NCBI GenBank assembly: GCA_030016715.1 | Contig: JASEJD010000012.1 | Coordinates: 12,917-44,916, forward strand | Direction of reading: 5' to 3' | DNA length: 32,000 bases | Source of the DNA: Methanobacteriaceae archaeon | GTDB lineage: Archaea > Methanobacteriota > Methanobacteria > Methanobacteriales > Methanobacteriaceae | Shown here: positions 26,846 through 32,000 of the stretch, piece by piece | Layout: the number at the start of each line of letters is the position of its first letter | Numbering within the stretch: the first letter of the stretch is position 1 | Program-made: the position numbers and the translations under genes | Notes under the pieces: generated by a model | Told to the model about the DNA's origin: nothing | Databases searched by the model: none | The model's input: the letters and a program-made list of their open reading frames with translations, nothing else

Positions 26846-27265
26846 ATGATGAGAATAAGCATGTCATTACCAAAAAAATTGCTAAATGAATTTGATGAAG
26901 TTCTAAGGGACCGAGGCTATCAATCCCGTTCAAAAGGAATAAGAGACGCTTTAAAAGATTATATTGTTCGTTATCAATGGATGAATGAGATGGAAGGAGA
27001 TAGAATTGGTATTATTGCCGTAATCTACGACCATCACTTCACGGATGTTATGGAAGATCTAACAGATATCCAACACGACTACCGTGACTATATAAACGCG
27101 GTTATGCATGTCCACATGACAGAAAAGTATTGCCTTGAAATTATTGTTGTAAAAGGGGACGTTAAATATATCCGAGAATTGACAGAAAAGATTATGAGAT
27201 TAAAAGGTGTGGAACATGTTAGATTAACCAGTACCTCTGCAGGAGAAGGAATTGATCACGAATAA
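26846..27265 (+). CDS. nikR: nickel-responsive transcriptional regulator NikR
   Basis: 139 aa. Ribbon-helix-helix N-terminus MRISMSLPKKLLNEFDEVL. The C-terminal ACT-like domain carries the His/Cys nickel-site pattern (VIYDHHFTD, HVHM, YC). The layout is GGGGG, 6 nt, then ATG. Confidence 0.88.
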   Translation: MMRISMSLPKKLLNEFDEVLRDRGYQSRSKGIRDALKDYIVRYQWMNEMEGDRIGIIAVIYDHHFTDVMEDLTDIQHDYRDYINAVMHVHMTEKYCLEIIVVKGDVKYIRELTEKIMRLKGVEHVRLTSTSAGEGIDHE

Positions 27266-27337
27266 TAATAGTAATAAAATTAAGTAATAAAAAATTACTC
27301 AACACCTTATTTTTTTAAATTAATAATAATTTGTTTT

Positions 27338-28117
27338 ATGAAACTCTTAGTTACACCCTATCATTATAACCTCATTTCCGATTATGAGAGATTATCCGCA
27401 TTTTTTGAAGCTATAAAGGAAAATTCGAAAGGCATAGTTTATGATATTGGTACCGGAAGTGGGATACTAGCTATTTTCGCATCAATCAATGCAGAAAAAG
27501 TGTATTCTGTAGAAGTAGACCATAATACAACTTTATGTGCCCTTAAAAATTTTGAATCATACCCCAACATTCACTTGATAAGTGGAGATGCTAAAAATAT
27601 TGATTTTCCAGAAAAAGCAGACATAATAATATGTGAAATGTTGGATACAGCTTTAATTGACGAAGAACAGATACCTGTGCTTAAAATTATATCTCGTTAT
27701 TTAAAGAAAAATGGTAAAATTATTCCTTACAAAATATTAACAGGAATAGAACCCATAAGTTTAAAAGCTGAACATATTTGTTATGAGAATGATGAATTGC
27801 CTGATCAAAAGCAATTAGGTGATCTTCAAATATATCATGAAATAGATTTTTTAGGAAAAATAGATGAGAATGTCAACACAACTGTGGAAACTATAATAAC
27901 TAAAAAAGGCACATTTTCAGGGGTTAAACTAACCAGTTTTACCCTTTTAACACCTAATATTATCTGTGGACCAACCCCTATGATGAATCCTCCAATGTTA
28001 ATTCCAATATCAAAAATTGATGTTAAACCACAAGATAAACTAAAGATATATTTAAAATACAAAATGGGTGGTGGATTAAATAGTATTAGAATCAAAGCTG
28101 AAAAAATTTCTGGTTAA
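27338..28117 (+). CDS. class I SAM-dependent methyltransferase (PRMT-like core)
   Basis: 259 aa. Motif I VYDIGTGSGILAIFA, post-I YSVEV and IICEMLDTALIDE, which resembles the PRMT double-E/THW region. The substrate is unknown. Confidence 0.65.
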   Translation: MKLLVTPYHYNLISDYERLSAFFEAIKENSKGIVYDIGTGSGILAIFASINAEKVYSVEVDHNTTLCALKNFESYPNIHLISGDAKNIDFPEKADIIICEMLDTALIDEEQIPVLKIISRYLKKNGKIIPYKILTGIEPISLKAEHICYENDELPDQKQLGDLQIYHEIDFLGKIDENVNTTVETIITKKGTFSGVKLTSFTLLTPNIICGPTPMMNPPMLIPISKIDVKPQDKLKIYLKYKMGGGLNSIRIKAEKISG

Positions 28118-28127
28118 TCTTAACAAA

Positions 28128-28580
28128 TTGGTTATACTGGGAATTGGGAATGATATGAGAGGCGATGATGGTTTAGGACCAGAAATCATCCTTAGATTAT
28201 CTGAAACATTAATGGATGATGATATTACATTAATTAATGGCGGTAATGTTCCTGAAAATTTCACTGGATCTATTAAGGAGGTTAAACCATCCCATATAAT
28301 TCTGATTGACGCAGTAGATTTTAAAAAAAAGCCAGGATATATTAAATTAGTGAAAAAAGAGAAAATATCTAATTACAATATATCAACCCATGCCATGCCA
28401 ATATCATTTCTTATAAATTATCTTGAACACAGTACCAATGCGAATATTGTACTAATCGGTATCCAACCAAAAAATATGGATTTAAATAGTAAAATGTCCA
28501 TAGAGGTTGAAGAAAGTCTGCTATATTTAACAGACCTATTGGAAAGATTATTAAAAAAATCGATGAAAAAAGAAGAATAA
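28128..28580 (+). CDS. [NiFe]-hydrogenase maturation endopeptidase (HycI/FrhD/HybD family)
   Basis: 150 aa with a TTG start 10 nt after the preceding stop. N-terminal signature VILGIGNDMRGDDGLG, plus the later DAVD and STH metal-ligand positions. Confidence 0.85.
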   Translation: MVILGIGNDMRGDDGLGPEIILRLSETLMDDDITLINGGNVPENFTGSIKEVKPSHIILIDAVDFKKKPGYIKLVKKEKISNYNISTHAMPISFLINYLEHSTNANIVLIGIQPKNMDLNSKMSIEVEESLLYLTDLLERLLKKSMKKEE

Positions 28581-28606
28581 TTAAGGTTTAATTAAAACTT
28601 ATACCA

Positions 28607-28625
28607 AAGATTTAATTTAAATCTT
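28607..28625. terminator. AT-rich hairpin between convergent genes (protease operon / prs)
   Basis: AAGATTTA-ATT-TAAATCTT, a perfect 8-bp stem. T6/T7 runs follow on the plus strand at 28636-28650. The stem is all A/T apart from two pairs, so it is weak. Confidence 0.3.
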
Positions 28626-28641
28626 AAAATTTAAATATTTT

Positions 28642-29511
28642 TTATTTTTTTAGTGCATCTGCAATTAAAGGTGCCAGTGAAACCACACTTACATCAGATC
28701 GAAGAGTGTCCGTGGCAATTACATCATCAACACCACTGGCAAATATTTTAATAAGCGCATCATCTACCATTACTGGATGAACACATGCCACAATTATCTT
28801 TTCAGCCCCTAGATTTTTCAGAATCTTGGAAGCATTAACAATGGTCCCCCCAGTGCTTATAATATCATCAATGATAACCGTGCTTTTACCATGAATATTT
28901 ATATTTTTAGGTTTGGTTTCTACTACTTCAGGAGATATGCGAATTTTTTCAAGATAATCAAAATCACAATTCATTAAATTTGCAAGTTCTTGAGCATGGT
29001 CCAAGGCACCTTTATCTGGAGCTATTATTATAGGATCCTCAAGAGTTCCTTCGAGATACTGGGCTATAAAAGGTATTGCAGAAATTTCATGAACCGGAAT
29101 ATTAAAAAAATTAGTCATATTGTTTTCATGAAGATTTACACAGAATAACTGATTAGTACCTGCCAATTCAAGTAGATTAGCTATAATTTGAGCAGAAATC
29201 GCTTCTCCAGATTTAAAACGTTTTTCTTGTCTTCCATATCCAAAATAGGGTATAACTGTTTTAATGGTTTTTACACCTAAGCTTTTCAAGGTTTTGATAA
29301 TTAAGAAAAGTTCTATTAAATTTTCATCTTGAGGGAAACCAGTAGACTGAATAACTACTGCTTCTTCTTCAATTTCTCCACGAATACGAAGATATCTCTC
29401 ACCATCCGGAAATTTAAAAGTTTCTATAGGACATAAATTTTCATTTAATTCTGCTGCAACCTTTGCAGCTAATTTTTGGGATGCAGAACCTCCAATTATC
29501 AAAAAAATCAC
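28642..29511 (-). CDS. prs: ribose-phosphate pyrophosphokinase (PRPP synthetase)
   Basis: 289 aa with a GTG start. N-terminal IIGGSASQKLAAKVA, PYFGYGRQEKR and the PRPP-binding loop VIIDDIISTGGT. Confidence 0.9.
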   Translation of the reverse strand: MIFLIIGGSASQKLAAKVAAELNENLCPIETFKFPDGERYLRIRGEIEEEAVVIQSTGFPQDENLIELFLIIKTLKSLGVKTIKTVIPYFGYGRQEKRFKSGEAISAQIIANLLELAGTNQLFCVNLHENNMTNFFNIPVHEISAIPFIAQYLEGTLEDPIIIAPDKGALDHAQELANLMNCDFDYLEKIRISPEVVETKPKNINIHGKSTVIIDDIISTGGTIVNASKILKNLGAEKIIVACVHPVMVDDALIKIFASGVDDVIATDTLRSDVSVVSLAPLIADALKK

Positions 29512-29591
29512 CTTTTAGGATATAGATAATATAAATATAATTGCAATATTATTTTTAATTTATAGTAATCATTTATTTAACTTCGAGTATC

Positions 29592-29617
29592 TATAGTATT
29601 AATTTATAGTATTAATT
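29592..29617. repeat. perfect tandem duplication TATAGTATTAATT x2 in the prs-hypA divergent intergenic region
   Basis: 29592-29604 and 29605-29617 are identical. A related AATTTATAGTAAT copy lies at about 29557-29569. Confidence 0.8.
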
Positions 29618-29894
29618 ATTAATCAGATTTAAAGAATTACTTTTGAAAATATTCTATTGTTAACTTATATAAGTAAGATATTAGTAAGAATCTTATTGAT
29701 ATTAAAATATCTGGTTTATATTTATAATTGGGATATTGATAAATAGAAGTTAAAATGATTGTTTAACTATAAATAAATGAAATTTTAACTAATTATAATT
29801 TATTCTATTTCAATATTAAAATCAAGGCATGATTAATGTTTATCTAAATATATTAAGATATCTTAAAGATTTAAATTAATAATGAGGTGTGAAG

Positions 29895-30284
29895 ATGCAT
29901 GAACTTTCCATGGCCGATGCAATGATAAAAACTGTTATTGAGGTGGCAGAGAAAAATGATGCTCAAGAAATTACCGAAGTTTCCATAGAATTAGGAGAAA
30001 TGACACTATTAAATCCTGAACAACTTAAATTTATGATAGAAGTTTTAAGTGAAGACACCTTACTAGAAGGTGCGGAAATAATTATAGAAACCATACCCCT
30101 AGAAATTAAGTGTCAGAGTTGTGGATATTCTGGTAAAACATCATCTGATGAATTAGATCATTATGCACCAATAATAAATTGTCCAGAATGTGAATCAATG
30201 GAACTTGAAATAATAACTGGAAGAGAATGTAACGTTAAAAGTATTAAAATTGAAAAAAGTGATGAAAATGCACAAGATAGCTGA
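29895..30284 (+). CDS. hypA: hydrogenase nickel-insertion protein HypA
   Basis: Start moved to the ATG at 29895 (MHELSMADAMI..., the canonical HypA MHE N-terminus), with GAGGTG 5 nt upstream. Zinc site CQSCG...CPECES. Confidence 0.9.
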   Translation: MHELSMADAMIKTVIEVAEKNDAQEITEVSIELGEMTLLNPEQLKFMIEVLSEDTLLEGAEIIIETIPLEIKCQSCGYSGKTSSDELDHYAPIINCPECESMELEIITGRECNVKSIKIEKSDENAQDS

Positions 30285-30930
30285 AGTAGAAATTCAACAT
30301 GATATTATGCTAGCTAATAAAAGATTAGCTAAAAAGAATCAGAAAATTCTAAACAAAGAAAAAGTTTTTGCAATAGATGTTTTAGGAGCAATAGGCTCTG
30401 GTAAAACATCTCTTATAGAAAATTTAATCAATGAGATGGACCACCAAATCGGAGTTATTGCGGGTGATGTTATTAGTAAATTCGACGCAGGAAGATTTAA
30501 ACAACATAACGTGCCTGTTGTTGGTTTAAACACCGGTAAAGAATGTCATCTTGATGCTCATCTGGTGGAACATGCCTTTAGTGATTTACCTCTAGATGAA
30601 ATAGACATACTGTTTATAGAAAATGTTGGAAACTTAATATGTCCCGTTGACTTTGATTTAGGTTCCCATATTAGAATGGTGGTAATTAGTGTAAGTGAAG
30701 GTGACGACACTGTAGAGAAGCATCCTCTGATTTTCAAAGATGCAGATCTGGTGGTAATTAACAAGGTAGATATTGCAGAAGCAGTTGGTGCTGATCAAGA
30801 AAAGATGGTTTCAGATGTTCACTCTCTCAACCCCGAAGTTAAAGTTATTAAAACCAGCCTTAAAACTGGCCAGGGTTTGCAAGACATCATTGCAAGTATT
30901 GAAAGTTTTATTAAAGAAGAACAGATATGA
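30268..30930 (+). CDS. hypB: hydrogenase maturation GTPase HypB (G3E family)
   Basis: P-loop GAIGSGKTSLIE, ENVGNLICPVDFDLG, NKVD and CHLDAH. The start at ATG 30268 (MHKIAEVEIQ...) was chosen from my recollection of archaeal HypB N-termini; 30262 and 30250 are alternatives. Overlaps the hypA 3' end. Confidence 0.88.
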   Translation: MHKIAEVEIQHDIMLANKRLAKKNQKILNKEKVFAIDVLGAIGSGKTSLIENLINEMDHQIGVIAGDVISKFDAGRFKQHNVPVVGLNTGKECHLDAHLVEHAFSDLPLDEIDILFIENVGNLICPVDFDLGSHIRMVVISVSEGDDTVEKHPLIFKDADLVVINKVDIAEAVGADQEKMVSDVHSLNPEVKVIKTSLKTGQGLQDIIASIESFIKEEQI

Positions 30931-30980
30931 TTATGGATAAATAATTAAAAATTATATTATAGAATATCTCCGGTGATTTT

Positions 30981-32000
30981 GTGAAAGTATGGATCGATAT
31001 AACTAATTCTCCTCATATACGTTTTTTTAAGAGCATTATAGATTATTTTCAGGACAAGGGAGAAGAAGTTTTAATCACCACCAGAAAATTTGGAGATATT
31101 CACCGATTATTAGATCTATTTGAAATGGAATACATCTCAGTGGGAAAGCATGGGGTGAGTCTTGCCCAAAAACTTAATGAGAGTACTAAAAGATCCTATG
31201 AACTAGCAAAGATCATTGAAAAAGAAAAACCAGATGTAGGGTTGGCTAAACATTCAATTGAACTGCCCAGAGTTACTTTTGGACTTGGTATTCCCAATGT
31301 TTATGTTCTTGACAATGAACAGATGATTGCTGCAAATAAACTTACCTTACCCCTTTGTAACAAAATTATTGCTCCGAAAGCAATTGATATGTGGAAAATT
31401 CTTGAATTTGGGGCAGATCCAAATAATATTATTCGATACAACGGTACCAGCGAAATAACTCACTTTAAAAATTTCCATTATAACGCAAATATTTTTGAAG
31501 ATCTCCAATTAAAACTTAAAAAATCTAAAACCATTCTTATGCGCCCGGAACCTTCACTAGCATCTTATCTGGAAGCAAATTGCCGAGAATCTGTTTTAAC
31601 CCCTATTGTTGAAGTTCTGGAGAATTATGCCAACATCCTAATAATCCCCAGATTTAAAGAACAAGCCGAGATATTTGAAAATAATAAGAATGTGACAATA
31701 ATTAAGCCTCCAGTTGATACTTTTAGCTTGATGAAACGTTGCGATCTGGTGATTGGTGCTGGAGGTACCATGAACCGAGAGGCTGCTCTTTTAGGAACAC
31801 CAGTAATATCTTGCTATCCGGGTCAGCTACTTGCTGTGGATAAACATTACATTGATATGGGGATGATAAAAAGATCAACCAATCCCCATGAAATTGTAAA
31901 CATTGCCTTAAAACTTTTAGTTAATAAAAAAGAAAACAGAAAAGTAAAAACAGATGATCTCTTTAAGATTATCGTGGAAAATGTTTATAAATCTGTATAA
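30981..32000 (+). CDS. DUF354-family protein (GT-B-fold, putative glycosyltransferase/epimerase-like)
   Basis: 339 aa with a GTG start, ending exactly at the TAA at the window end. The N-terminus (M)KVWIDITNSPHIRFFKSII and the C-terminal GAGGTMNREAALLGTPVIS match the archaeal DUF354 pattern as I remember it. Confidence 0.6.
   Translation: MKVWIDITNSPHIRFFKSIIDYFQDKGEEVLITTRKFGDIHRLLDLFEMEYISVGKHGVSLAQKLNESTKRSYELAKIIEKEKPDVGLAKHSIELPRVTFGLGIPNVYVLDNEQMIAANKLTLPLCNKIIAPKAIDMWKILEFGADPNNIIRYNGTSEITHFKNFHYNANIFEDLQLKLKKSKTILMRPEPSLASYLEANCRESVLTPIVEVLENYANILIIPRFKEQAEIFENNKNVTIIKPPVDTFSLMKRCDLVIGAGGTMNREAALLGTPVISCYPGQLLAVDKHYIDMGMIKRSTNPHEIVNIALKLLVNKKENRKVKTDDLFKIIVENVYKSV

Noticed and set aside
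29889-30267. Track start codons GTG 29889 (hypA) and TTG 30250 (hypB)
   Set aside because: The internal ATGs at 29895 and 30268 give the canonical MHE.../MH... N-termini and have better SD spacing. The longest-ORF starts are probably over-extensions.

Overview
AT-rich chromosomal segment that looks like a pseudomurein-walled methanogen (Methanobacteriales-like). The clues are archaeal housekeeping genes (PAN, membrane LonB, MBF1, Trm-G10, geranylgeranyl reductase, archaeal-type tRNAs), nickel/hydrogenase maturation genes, and three Mur-type ligase paralogues with a MraY-like transferase and an ATP-grasp ligase. I support 28 protein-coding genes. One of them, a partial LeuA/CimA-family gene at the left edge, is missing from the ORF track. 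There are also two tandem tRNA-Gly genes, a few hairpin plus oligo-T terminators and some candidate promoter/operator sites. I saw no CRISPR array, rRNA, transposase or integrase. The most interesting part is the minus-strand block 9175-19860. It holds the putative pseudomurein peptide-assembly genes and, directly downstream, a translationally coupled trio of unassignable genes (9175-11232). Two of the trio are exported, membrane-tethered proteins that could act in the unknown extracellular steps of pseudomurein assembly. Other points: two transporter genes whose conserved N-terminal helices lie upstream of any ATG/GTG/TTG (possible ATA/ATC starts or 5' lesions), a Cys4 insert in one ligase, an inverted repeat between the TATA box and the expected TSS of hsp20, and repeats near nikR and hypAB. 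All family calls come from reading motifs by eye; no searches were run.
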